From Lingula anatina (taxonomy: Eukaryota > Animalia > Brachiopoda), in assembly GCA_051362555.1 (NCBI GenBank), contig CM120640.1, positions 56,522,788-56,586,787 on the forward strand: DNA of 64,000 nucleotides. The letters are read 5' to 3'. The position numbers and the translations under genes are program-made. Each line of letters opens with the position of its first letter. Positions within the stretch are counted from its first letter, which is position 1. The notes beneath the pieces were generated by a model. It ran no database searches. It saw only the letters and a program-made list of their open reading frames with translations, and had not been told where the DNA came from. Shown piece by piece: positions 13,801 through 26,187 of the stretch.

Positions 13801-16592
13801 GGCGGTACACATGGTTTTAGTCCCGACCAACAAGTTACCATTACCGCTTCTCCTCCTAGACGGTAAGGGCCTCCATACCCATCTCTTGGATTTAGGTCAC
13901 CTATACTCTCAACTCGTTCCACGTAAAATTTGGGCTTTGTCGGTATTGGGGTCTAGGTGTGGCACTCATTGCAATGCACCCTTGTCCAAAAATGGCAAAA
14001 TTAAATGCTAATTATCTACCCTACGGAAGGAATTATGGGAAAAATTTCTACAGACAGCTTTCCAAAAGTCATATGTGTAGATTTCAAATACGCCTTTGGA
14101 TTTGACCTTTGACCTTTATTTCAAGGCCAAATGGGCCAAAATTTTCACGAAAACTAATTTTTTTACGAAAAAAAATTATTTGCGCTGTTATTCAGACACC
14201 ACACAGACTTAACCAATAATGTTACTGGAAAGTGTTACCCTTCGGGTCATCTTTCATCCCCGTGAATTTGGGGTCAATCAGTGCATTTTCACGGGAGTAG
14301 CGGCTATAAGATACCGAAACTGAAAACTGTCTCTAATTCGGGAACCGTTAATGCTAGAGACCCATTCTTTTTTGCATTTTGTAGAGCATGTAAAGCCCAA
14401 CACTGGAGGTGGTCTCCGTTTTTTTTGTATACCATACGGTTTTTGAGTTATGCTGTATCAAAAAGTACATATTGGTGGTGAAAGCAAAATGTGCAGTACG
14501 GTAATGGATAATAAATTTTGAACCCCAGAAAAATAAAACATAAGGATTGGCGAGGCAGACAACTTGTGGTCAAAAATGACATTATTTCATCAAATTTGAA
14601 CATCTGGAACTACAGAGCACCTCCCATTTCAAGAATTTTGACCAAAATGACCTTTTCTTTATTTTAATTAATTTTTTCTGTACGAAATATATGGCACATT
14701 ATTGTAACTCCAAAATTATAACATTTAGTCCCTTATATCTCCAAAACTGGCAGAGATAGGTCCATAGTTACTATTGAAGTTGAATAGGAAGTCTTATACT
14801 GGCAATCTAAATGTGACCTTGAAATTGACCTTTGACCTACTTTTCATCATGAACTGAACTTTGCAATTTTTTAATGCTTTTATTTTCAAAACTGGCAGAG
14901 ATATGCCCATAGTTACTATTGAACTTGAATAGGAAGTCATATACTGGCAATCTAAATGTGACCTTGAAATTGACCTTTGACCTACTTTTCATCATGAATT
15001 GAACTTTGCAAATTTTGGTTCCCTTTTATCTCCAAAACTGGCAGAGATAGGTCCATAGTTACTATTGAACTTGAATAGGAAGTCATATACTCTAAATGTG
15101 ACCTTGAAATTGACCTTTGACCTACTTTACACCATGAACTTTGCAATTTTTAATGCTTTTATTTTCAAAACTGGCAGAGATATGCCCATAGTTACTATTG
15201 AACTTGAATAGGAAGCCATATACTGGCAATCTAAATGTGACCTTAAAATTGACCTTTGACCTACTTATAACCATAAACTGAACTTTGCAAATTTTCGTTC
15301 CCTTTTATCTGCAAGACTGGCAATGATATGTCCATAGTTATTATTGAATTTGAATATGAAGTCATTAAAGTCAATTAACTGTGACCTTAAAATTGACCTT
15401 TGACCTACTTTTTACCATGAACTTAACATTGCAAATTTTGGTTCCCTTTTATCTCCAAAACTGGCAAAAATACGCCCATAGTAACTATTGAATTTGAATA
15501 GAAGTCATTAGAGGCAATCTAAATGTGACCTTGAAATTGACCTTTGACCTTCTTTTCATCATGAATTGAACTTTGCAAATTTTCCTCCAAATTATCTCCA
15601 AAACTGGCAAAAATACGCCCATAGTAACTATTGAATTTGAATAGAAGTCAGTAGAGGCAATCTAAGTGTGACCTTAAAATTGACCTTTGACCTACTTATA
15701 ACCATGAACTGAACTTTGCAAATTTTGTTCCCTTTTATCTCCAAAACTAGCAGAGATAGGTCCATAGTTACTATTGAACTTAAATAGGAAGTAATATACT
15801 GGCAATCTAAATGTGACCTTGAAATTGACCTTTGACCTACTTTTCATCATGAATTGAACTTTGCAAATTTTGGTTCCCTTTTATCTCTAAAACTGGCAGA
15901 GATAGGTCCATGGTTAATATTGTACTTCAATAGGAAGTCATATTCTGGCAATCTAAATGTGACCTCGAAATTGACCTTTGACCTACTTTTCATCATGAAT
16001 TGAACTTTGCAAATTTTGATTCCCTTTTATCTCCAAAACTGGCAGAGATAGGCCCATAGTTGCTATTGAACTTGAAAAGGAAGTCATATACTGGAAATTT
16101 ACTGTGACCTTGAATTGACCTTTGGCCTACCTCACTATGAACTGAACTTTGATTGTACCATTTTTAGTTATATATATTTTTTTGCATATTTTGAGAATTC
16201 TTGTTGATTGCATTTTTTACAGCTTGTCAAGCACAAGACTGGTGGTGGTGTCCCTTTTTTGTGTGTGTGTGGGTCTATACGATTGCGCTTACTCCAGCTG
16301 GTGGTACAATATTCGGAGGCGGTATCGCCTCTCTGATCCTCTAGTTAATCAAGGGACCATATTGTTACTGTCATAGGTTGCTGAATATCACAGTGATTTT
16401 GATTTTAAAAATTTGCAGCTGATACTTATGATGAGTCTGGAGAAAAGTTGGCTCGCAACCAGTTTAGTCTTTTCTTTGTGGGCTATGGAAATTTCGGTGG
16501 CAAACGCACATCTGACAAACAGATCAACCCAAGCAAAACACCATCTAGAGCACCAGATGCCAGCATCAAGGAGCAGACAACGAAAGACCAGG

Positions 16593-16638
<46 letters not shown>

Positions 16639-19600
16639 ATATAGATATATAAATGATAAAGGTAATAAGTTACATTCTTAGTTTACAGTTGTTATCACAA
16701 TTTTAATATCTCTTTTACTGTAGTATTTCTATTGTGATATGGTACTGGGGTAACAGCTGTGTGCTAGCCATTGCTTAATATCAAACCAAAGCAATACTGC
16801 AGGATAGCATATTTAAATTGGACCAGTTTTGTTTGTAGGCAGCCCTCTACAGATTATGTGGTGATCACAATCCATTGCACATTGATCCAGCATTTGCAGC
16901 TATGGGAGGTAAGTGTTTTCCTAGTTAACCGAATGAATGGCTTCATGTTTTTATTAGAATTATTTTAAGGTTTGTCCATACAGAGAGTAAAATGTTTTAG
17001 AGCATGTTTTGCTTTTTGATTTCATTTTCCATTATTGTCATTTTCCAGGCTTTGACTCTCCAATTCTTCATGGGCTCTGCTCCTTTGGTTATGCCACCAG
17101 ACATGTACTGAAGCAGTATGCTGGAAATGATGTCAGCAAATTTATGGCAATCAAGGTTGGTTTCATCGTCACAGTTTCTTACAAACAGATATAGTAGCAG
17201 TAAAGGACATATTAAAGGAGTCTTGCCTGAGAAAAGTATTTTTCATGCAAAGATGTTGATATCTTTTAAAAAGTAGAAGTTACTTCACAACTACATAACC
17301 TAGAGTAAATCATAAGCACAGTCCCTCTGTATTCTCATTGAAGGTCCGTATGGCTAAACCAGTGCTGCCAGGACAAACTATTCAGACAGATATGTGGAAG
17401 GATGGCAACAGGATACACTTCCAGAGCAAGGTATCAGTTATACCCATACATTTGTATGTTTTTAAAAGAATTCTTATAAGAATGAAATTTTTCAGTAAAA
17501 GTATGTCTAAGATTCTGGTTATCATGCCTTCAACAAAGTTTTCAGAAACATGTATTAATATAATATAATTATGTACAGACACAGATGTGTCTGTACATAT
17601 TGCCATCACCTGCGTCTGTCGTCGCCGATGCCGATGCCGATGGCGATGGCGATGCCGTCGCCGGCGCCGTGCACTTTCCTTGTAAACACGATAAGTGGAA
17701 GGCAGTTTCACTTTTTGGCTTTATATTTACAGAGCTAATGAATATTCATAAAATGCAGGTCAAGTTCGAAAATCAGCATGATCGGGCCATTATTGTAGAA
17801 GTTATGCTGTTTTTATTTCACTTTTCAGCATATATGCAACCTTGTAAACACATTTTAAAGAAAACCGTTAGGCCTGTTGTCATGAAACTCACAGGAGTAA
17901 TCAATCTTACTAAAACGTAGGTCAAGTTCGAAAATCAGCATGATCGGGCCACTATTTTAGTAGTTATGTAGTATTTTAGTAGTTTTTTCATTGTTCAGCA
18001 TATATGCAACACTGTAAACACAATATAAGAAAAACAGAAAGCCCAATTGTCATTAAACTCACAGGAATGGTCAGTCTTACTAAAACGCAGGTTGAGTTCG
18101 AAAATCAGCATAATCGGGGCATTATTTTAGAAGTTATGCTGTTTTTTCACATTTCCTCAGATTTCCTCAGATTTAATTCTTAGGCATGTTAATAGCCTTA
18201 TTATTTAAGTAATAAGATACGTAAAAGTGTTTGTTTGACATTTCCTGCATCTTTACAACATTGTTAGTTGATTATGTAAAAATGATGGTAAACTTTTTAT
18301 CATGTATTGTGTAATCAAGTGTCAAAAACGGAAATAAACTCATATCATTGCAGTTTTTCAGATTCAATCATCCACTATGTTCAGAATCTCAGAATGGAGG
18401 AAATTGGACATTTAACACTGTTCTATTGATACTTTTCTCATCTCATTAATTTTTTTAGTTGGTCATAAAAAAATGGCAGTAAAATGTTTATTTTGTTTTA
18501 TGTTAAAAAAGAATTAAAAACGGAAATAAACCAATTTCAGAACAGTGCTGTCTTGTTTACATTTTGGCATTTTCAAGATGTGACTTTGAAGTTCCATGGG
18601 CCTGAAGACCTTTGCTAGTCACATTTTCTGAATATCTGTGATACTAATATTTTATAATTAAAAATTAATGGTCATTATGCTGTTAAACATTATGTAATAT
18701 TGCATCAAAATTTGAAGAAACCCCTATTTTGGGCACTGCTCCCATGATGACCATTTAAGGAAAATCATGTCACTTACTGTTCTCAAACTTACAGGAAAGA
18801 AACATGGGACTAAAATACAGCTTCAGTAGGCAATGCAGTCTGTTTGGTAACTTTTTCTGGCAGTTAAACAGTTTTTTGTGAAAATTTAATTTTTCACATG
18901 TTGGCATTTTTAAGGTGTGACTTTGAAGTTCCATGATCGTGAAGACCTTTGCTTGTCATGTTTTCTGAATGTCCATGTTACTAATATTTTTTTAATAACA
19001 TTTGATGGTCATTATGCTGTTAAACATTATGTAATGTTGCATCAAAATTTGAAAAAACCCTATTTTGGGCACTGCTCCTATGATGACCATTTAAGGGAAA
19101 TCATGTCACTGACTGTTCTCAAACTTACAGGAAAGAAACATGGGTCTAACATACAGCTTCAGTAGGCAATGCAGTCTGTTTGGTAATTTTTTCTGGCAAT
19201 TTAACAGTTTTTTGTGAAAATTTAATTTTTCACTTCTTGGCATTTTCAAGGTGTGACTTAGAACCTCCACGGGCTTGAAGACCCATGCTAGTCACATTTT
19301 CTGAAAATCCATGACACATATATTTTATTAATAAAAATTGATGTATTATGCTGTTATATTTTCACCCCTGTTTATCATCAACATAACTCAAAAAGTTATG
19401 GACCGATTTTGCTGAAATTTTCAGGAACTGTCAGAAGTGGGCCAAAGAGGACAATAATCAATAATAATCAACAATTGCTACCTTGGCAGAGGTCTGCACT
19501 CTCGGAGCGCTTTTCTAGTTTTGTTATGTTTTCCTTTATAATTTTTTCTCAAACACTTGCATTTGTGACTTTTAACTCTCATCCGCCTGAGGCTCTGACA

Positions 19601-21071
19601 TTTCTGTATTTCCACATAAGCAGTTGTATTGTTTTTTATGTCTTTAAATATTATGTTACTTATGTAATATTATTTTATGCACTGTCATCATTTTTCAAAT
19701 ATTAAGCCTTTCATCATGTGAATTTAAACTCATGGTCCTGAAACTGTAATCTTATTGAAAGGGTAGATTGAGACCATCTTCTGGGTCTTCCGGAAGACAG
19801 TCAGGTTATTAAGTTTATATTGCCTGGTATCTATTTTTTCTTCTGTTGGAAGACCATCAAAATGGAGGATGGATCAAAATAGATACTTTGGAATACTGTC
19901 AGAAAATATCTCTGGGTCCGCTCATGTTATTGACCATTTTACCTGTTGTGCATGATTAAAATTCATTGTTGACTGACAGTGCTATTATAAGCATTATTTA
20001 TTATTGCATCAAAATTGACAAAATGACCTATTTTGCATCTTTATTTTCTGTTTTTTGTCTGTACATTTGACAGCTTTGCTGCCTTGTTTTAGTTGGTCAT
20101 ATAAAAATGGCAGTAAAATGTTTATTTTGTTTTATGTTAAAAAAGTGTTAAAAATGGAAATAAACCCATTTCAGAACAGTGCTGTCTTGTTCAGCATATA
20201 TGCAACACCGTAAACACGATAAGTGAAAAACTGTATTACATTTTGGCTTGAAACTTACAGTACTGATGAATATTCATAATACGCCGGTTAAGTTCGAAAA
20301 TCAGCATGATCGGGTAATTTTTAGGGAAGTTACGTATTTTTTTCACTTTTTTCAGCATATATGCAACACCGTAAACACGATAAGTGAAAAACTGTATTAC
20401 ATTTTGGTTTGAAACTTACAGAACTGATGAATATTCATAATTCGCCGGTCAAGTTCGAAAATCAGCATGATCGGGTAATTTTTAGGGAAGTTATGCTTTT
20501 TTTCACTTTTTTCAGCATATATGCAACACCGTAAACACAATATAAGAAAAACAGATTGGCCAATTGTCATTGTACTCACAGGAGTGGTCAATCTTGCTAA
20601 AATGCAGGTTGAGTTCAAAAATCAGTATAATCGGGCCATTATTTTAGGAGTTATGCTGTTTTTTCACAATTCCACAGATTCAATTCTTAGGCATGTTAAC
20701 AGTCTCATAATTGAACTAATAAGAAATGTAAAAGTGTTTGTTTGATATTTCCTGCATCTTTACAACATTTTTAGCTGATTATGTAGTCTCCTATTTTGGG
20801 CATTATGGTTTTGTGCTTTTCTTAAAGTGTGACTTATGGGCCGAAAGACCTTTGAGTGGGTCAGTCTGTAAATTACCCTTGGGTATCACTAGATTAATTT
20901 CAGAGTTATAAAGTCATTTGCCTTAATAGGCCATTAAATGAGATTACATAAAGCACACTTGTTGATATTTCCCTGTAAACTCCCAAAGGTAAAGCTCTCT
21001 GCTAGATTAATAATAAGGAAGCAGTGATAATTATGCAGGTAAATTTTGTTTAATATTGCAAATAAGTTTTA

Positions 21072-21131
<60 letters not shown>

Positions 21132-23518
21132 AACTGGAAGATTAAAAGTTTGAATAGCATCTTCATTGGAATTATATTTACCTCAAGCTCTGCCAAGGAG
21201 GTCATATTTTCACCCCCGTTTGTCTGTCATCCACATAACACAAAAAGTTATGGACTGATTTTGCAGAAATTTTCAGGAACTGTCGGAAGTGGGCCAAAGA
21301 GGACAATGATTAATTTTTGGTGGTGGTCTGGAACAATAATCAATCAATTATCAATAATAATCAACAATTGCTGCCTTGGCAGAGGTCTGCACTCTCAAAG
21401 TGCTTTTCTAGCTTTGTTATGTTTTCCTTTATAATTTTCTCTCAAACACTTGCATTTGTGACTTTTAACTCTCATCTGCCTGGGGCTCTGCACATTTTCT
21501 GTATTTCCACATAAGCAGTTGTATTGTTTTTTATGTCTTTAAACATTATGTAATATTATTTTATGCACTGTCATCATTTTTCAAATTGAGAGTTTCATAG
21601 TGTGAATTTGAACTCTCATGGTCCTGAAACTGTAATTTTATTGAAGGGATGGACCATCTTCTGGGTCTTCCTGAAGACAGTCAGGTTATTAAGTTTATAT
21701 TGACTGGTATCTATTTTTTTCTGTTGGAAGACCATCAAAATGGAGGATGGATCAACATAGATACTTTGTAATACTGTCAGAAAATATCTCTGGGTCCGCT
21801 CCTGTTATTGACCATGTTACCTGTTGTGCAAGATTAAAATTCAGTGTTGACTGACAGTGCTATTATAAGCATTATTTATTATTGCATCAAAATTGACAAA
21901 ATGACCTATTTTGCATCTTTATTTTCTGTTTTTTGTCTGTACATTTGACAGCTTTGCTGCCTTGTTTAATATAAAGATAATAATGGTTGTACAAACTTTT
22001 TCATCGGCTATGACACCACTGCATTTTTATAAAGAGAAAACAAATATAGAAACATCTAAATAAATGCCACTGTCATGATGATGCCATTTTTTGAAGGTGG
22101 TGGAGAATGGTACAGTAGCTTTATCAGGTTCTTTCATAGACTTGGCTGACACTTCGTCGTCTGCCTCTATCTCTTCACAGCCAAAGGTAAGACTGTTGTC
22201 TCTTGATTTATGCTGACATTTTATCACAGAGTTATAAAGTCATGTTTGACAGAAACTTTAAACATTTATAAAAATATAATAAGTTTTAAATCTATATCTG
22301 TAAGAAATCTTATGTATTCTCCAATCTCTTCACTGAAATAATTGTTGTACAAATGTTTTAGTGAGATATTTTACGTCATTATTAGTACCACCAGCGTGTA
22401 CACTGGCGGTACTCATGGTTTTAGTCCCAACCCATCTCATTATCAGTTATTTTTGTTTTTTGAAGACATCAGTTGGCAGTCTGCAAAGTGACATCATCTT
22501 CCAAGAAATGAGCAAAATTGTCTCCAGTCAGCCAGAACTGGCAAAGAAAGTGAATGCTGTGTATTTCTGGAAGATAACAAAAGACAAGAAGCCTGCAGCA
22601 GAATGGAGTAAGTTTTACACCAAATGAGACAGATTTTCACATAATTCAGTTCAATTATGGGTGTATTTTAATAATAATAGTACATGAAAACTTTGGTGAA
22701 AATGCCTTCTTAAAAATTGTTAGTACTTTAGCAGTTCAAAAGCTGAAGCCAACCAATTTATGGTACCCTCTACCCATTTAGTGTTCATCAGGTTTCTTTT
22801 CAGGCATTATACTATGTTTAAAGGGATAATAACTCTTCATATGAGATCTATATTTCACAATAAAAACCTTGTGAATAACTCATAGAAATATAATATATTC
22901 TGTTTTACCACAAAAACAGCAGTTATAGCTATTATTCTGATATCTGAACTTGTCTTTAGACCACGTGACCTCCATTGATGTCTATACTCTGTTAAAATCT
23001 CTTAAGAGATTTTAACAAAAAACCAAACTTTTTAGAAAAAAACCAGGGACTAACTTTGAATGTAAAAATGGATTCATTAACCATTGGTAAGTATGGGAAA
23101 ATTGATGTTTACTCCAGGAAAATTCATTTTTTGGCCAAAATGAAGAGTTATTATTGCTTTAACAACAGACCTACACATTCTGACCAACTTTTTATTGGTA
23201 ATATTGTACTTGGGGAGTTTTTTCCAGTGGACACCTTCCAATTAAAATAATGGTGACAAACTTGTTTATTCAGCTTTGGATCTACAGAGCAGTCCAGGGA
23301 AGGTGTACAAAGGGGCACCCAAAAATGTAAAGCCAGGCTGCACTTTAACACTAGCAGATGAGGACATGGTTACCTTGGTGAAAGGAAAACTTAATGCACA
23401 AAAGGTTTGTTATCATTTTCATCACTGAAAAAGAAATAATGTAAAAAATTCATAGATTATAAGGTGAATTCTAAAATAAATTATTAATCCATTTACTTTA
23501 TTCCAGAATTTGTTTTAC

Positions 23519-23559
<41 letters not shown>

Positions 23560-23721
23560 AAAGGACACCATTGGACAATAACCATTGGTATTTTAACAGA
23601 TTTATGAAGGGTTTTGAATACCTTTTTTCAGGCCTTCTTTTCTGGACAGTTGAAAGTGACAGGCAATGTGATGTTAAGTCAGAAGTTAGAGATGCTATTC
23701 AAGCAACAGGCCAAGTTGTAA
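4876..23721 (+). CDS. HSD17B4: Peroxisomal multifunctional enzyme type 2 (SDR dehydrogenase + hydratase 2 + SCP2), 23 exons, ~732 aa
   Basis: Exons 4876-4936, 6067-6120, 6419-6526, 6653-6712, 6965-7033, 7554-7638, 7950-8014, 8301-8423, 8674-8790, 9408-9473, 10338-10400, 10592-10674, 10925-11003, 11545-11696, 13522-13645, 16419-16591, 16839-16908, 17049-17155, 17344-17430, 22097-22186, 22466-22607, 23274-23404, 23632-23721 (sum 2199 nt). Motifs: [38 protein letters not shown] (YxxxK), hydratase-2 [14 protein letters not shown]2 domain, C-terminal PTS1 AKL*. Confidence 0.97.
5518..5558. repeat. Short tandem of palindromic 10-mer TCCTATAGGA (x4)
   Basis: gtcc tataggatcc tataagatcc tataggatcc tatagga; possibly a relic of a small transposon. 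Confidence 0.7.
5751..5918 (+). mobile_element. MITE (168 bp), TIR CAGGGGCGGAT, 5-bp TSD
   Basis: CAGGGGCGGAT...ATCCGCCCCTG flanked by GAAAC/GAAAC. Homologous to 11117-11282 and to segments inside HINE family B. Confidence 0.9.
9877..9963. repeat. Compound microsatellite (GTAT)n(GAAT/GAAC)n
   Basis: Directly visible in an HSD17B4 intron. Confidence 0.95.
11117..11282 (-). mobile_element. Second solo copy of the CAGGGGCGGAT MITE
   Basis: Reverse-complement similarity to 5751-5918; flanked by TGCTT/TGCTT TSD. Confidence 0.88.
12042..12232. mobile_element. MITE with ~22-bp TIR
   Basis: AGGCAATGCTGGGGTAGCGCTA ... TAGCGCTACCCCAGCAATGCCT; no clear TSD. Confidence 0.75.
12417..13407 (-). mobile_element. 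Non-autonomous Kolobok-like DNA transposon (991 bp) retaining a probable first coding exon
   Basis: TTAA|AGACAGTCTCAG...CTGAGACTGTCT|TTAA. CpG-rich interior with ORF 12892-13137(-) ending ...[30 protein letters not shown] followed by a GTGAGT donor. TTAA TSD with purine-purine termini is the Kolobok signature. Confidence 0.8.
13776..16346 (+). mobile_element. HINE (non-autonomous Helentron-like) family A, copy 1
   Basis: 5' subTIR TTGTACCACCAGC within hairpin GTACCACCAGCG-TTAG-CGCTGGCGGTAC. 3' subTIR GCTGGTGGTACAA, then a GAGGCG..CGCCTC hairpin and CTAGTT. No TSD. Internal tandem array. Highly similar to 54789-57128. Confidence 0.85.
14735..16150 (+). repeat. Tandem array, ~10 units of ~146 bp, inside HINE A copy 1
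   Basis: ACTGGCAGAGAT anchor at 14746, 14891, 15037, 15170, 15316, 15460, 15603, 15746, 15892, 16038. Confidence 0.95.
16594..16636. repeat. (AT)n microsatellite immediately after an HSD17B4 splice donor
   Basis: Direct. Other (AT)n tracts at ~21076-21129, 23522-23557, 36466-36524, 61626-61658. Confidence 0.95.
17569..20090 (+). mobile_element. HINE family B, copy 1a
   Basis: 5' hairpin TATGTACAGACAC-AGAT-GTGTCTGTACATA, a (GCCGAT)n-type microsatellite, ~161-bp and ~335-bp internal repeats, 3' subTIR TGTCTGTACAT, then GACAGCTTTGCTGCC hairpin and TTGTTT. Confidence 0.85.
20091..21967 (+). mobile_element. HINE family B, 5'-truncated copy 1b abutting copy 1a
   Basis: Starts in internal family-B sequence, has 161-bp units (20210, 20371, 20531) and the same 3' terminus ending at 21967. 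Confidence 0.8.
22381..22440 (+). mobile_element. Relic 5' hairpin of HINE family A
   Basis: GTACCACCAGCGTGTACACTGGCGGTACTCATGGTTTTAGTCCC matches 13781-13823. Confidence 0.75.
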
Positions 23722-24165
23722 ATGCCGACACTAAATAGAATGCTGTCAAGTTATGCTCATGGTAATATGTATTTGAGGCAGTGCAATGTCCATAACAAAT
23801 CAGGACATTTATGGTATTAGGATACAACACTAGATATGAAGTAGACATTTTCTGTTGGGAGAAAAAAGAAATATGCAAAAATCACGGCTTAAAACTTTTC
23901 CATCAGTGAATGAAAATGATGGCAGAAAATCAAATCAATAACCCTACAATAAATGCTTGTGATTGAATGAAAGGTGCTGACCTCTTTTATTGGGAAGAGG
24001 AGCTAACTGCACCATACTTTAACCTTCAGTTCGATATAAGGTAATCCAAGCTTGAAAACACTTTAAATCCAAAAGAAATGAAGGAAAAAAGAACTGGTGA
24101 TGTGATAAAAAAAAATCAGACATTTACAACATTAGAATATAATTGTAGCAAATGCTTCATAAATT

Positions 24166-24636
24166 CAGGGTTTGTACTCATAAGGTTCAACAAAATTTCA
24201 GGATTTTTCCAGGATTATTTTTAAATTTCCAGGTGTAAAAACTTTCTAATATTTGAGGCTGTAAGTTATATTTCATGAAAGGGAGTATCAAGTTTGAGAT
24301 CATAATACAGTCATATTTTATTAAGCCTAAAAGAAAACACAAAATTTTCTATAAAACATTTTAATTATTCAAATAAATTTGTAGTTTGACTATTGCTGAA
24401 ACATGCCGATCACACATGAGACAACTAGCGGTCATGAGGGAAAACCAAAATTATAAATAAACCGAGCATGAACTAGTATTTACGATAGCGATCGTGAAAT
24501 TTTATCAAATTTAATGTGTTTTCCAGGTGTAATTTTACATTTATTAAAAATAAAACACCTATTTCTCCAGGTTTTCCAGGACCTGGAAATTTCAAAATAA
24601 ATATCCATGATTATTCCAGGTAGTGTACGAACTCTG
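24166..24636. mobile_element. CAG-ended MITE downstream of the HSD17B4 stop
   Basis: Imperfect TIR CAGGGTTTGTAC / GTACGAACTCTG, subterminal TTCCAGG repeats, TAAATT duplicated on both sides. Confidence 0.75.
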
Positions 24637-24960
24637 TAAATTCTCTTTTTATTGTCAATGAAAATAACTGGTAGCAAACTTGAATGAAAATAATGTAATA
24701 TATTTCTGAATAAACAATGCAACCCAGAGAAGTTCTTATTTTCTTTATTTTTCTATCATGTGAGATTTGTGAAATGTATAGAGTACATTAAATGATTGTA
24801 AGAAAATGTGAATGCAAAGATTTTTTTTTTCATAAATACAATACAAACAGATTTGTGTATTTCAAGTTTATTTTTCTCTTACATCATAGTGGACATGGTT
24901 TTATAAAAAAAATGAAATTGTTCTATGGAATTATGAACATTGCATATTAAAATGGTGGGT

Positions 24961-26156
24961 CTAGTTCTTCTTGGGCTTTGTGTCATATTTGGACTTGCTG
25001 CTGTACCACAACATGAATGGGAATCCTATTGATGGCAGGGTCATGATGGCAAATGTCACCCAATCAATCTAAAAGGCATTAAAATATTAAATTTTGATTG
25101 TACACATTATATGCACAATAAACTTTATTTTAACACACAATTTGTAATGCCTAAAAACATGGACTTGATTTAGTAAATAAGGATAACAAAATATTTGCTA
25201 GAAAAGAAATATAATACATCTTAACTGAACCTACCACATGTGGGGAAAACTTTCTATCATAATCCTTTCGACTGACAATTCCTTCCTCTCCTGGAGCTGT
25301 TGTGTATGTAAGCTGGAGAAAAAAAGATGTAAAAATAACTGCAAAATGCCAGAGGCAGTATTTAAGAGTTGAAGCTTAGAAAATAGGAAGAATTCAGCAA
25401 CTGTTATGTAAGTGCAAAAGTATAAATGAAAAAATGAACTAATACCAATAACCAATAAAAACATTCACAAACTAATCCACTATCACTTCAGTTTTTATTT
25501 TTGTTTACCCAGTGAAGAGCCATGTTTAAAAGGTACTTTATGGATTTGAAAATTCCTCAAATAATAATTTTTGCCATCCACAGCTTCCGATAAAATCTTA
25601 CATACACCTTAATAATGATATAACCCCTTAAATTTTTTTCTAAAGCGTACTTAATGCTGATATTTACATAGGAGCATATAGGAAGATGGTTGCTGGTTAT
25701 AATGACTGGCCAGTCACTTTCAGTAAGGTTCAAATCTAAGATCAGAGATAGACAGATACTAGTAAATAATTCGCGAGTACAAGAAAATTGCTTATTTCTC
25801 TGGGAAAATCCATTTTGCCAGGAAAATCCCATGGAGTTGCCCTTTAAATGCTGAAAAACCTAAATCTTTTTCATACTGTATAACATACCTGAACTTCACT
25901 GTTTTCCTCACTTCCCTGATACCTGACCTCTGCTGCTGTGAAGTTGAAGTAGCCTGGCTTGAGAGGACTGAGGATAGCTGCATGGGAGACATTGGTCCCT
26001 CTTAACACAGGAATTAAGGACAAACACTTCCAAACCAACTTTTCAACAATATAAGAAAATTATTTGAAGTACTCTCTTTAGTACTCGACTATTCTTTTCA
26101 GTATTAATAAACAAACAGACATTATAATATGTTTGTTTTTTCTGAGCCCCCCCCCC

Positions 26157-26187
<31 letters not shown>

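Noticed and set aside
14735-16150. Regular repeats as a CRISPR array
   Set aside because: Units are contiguous ~146-bp monomers with no unique spacers, in a eukaryotic intron with no cas genes.
17382-21514. ORF-track peptides in HINE B (e.g. 17585-17920, 19409-19705; twins at 58928-59422, 61780-62076)
   Set aside because: They recur only because the repeat recurs; no Rep, helicase or other protein motifs.
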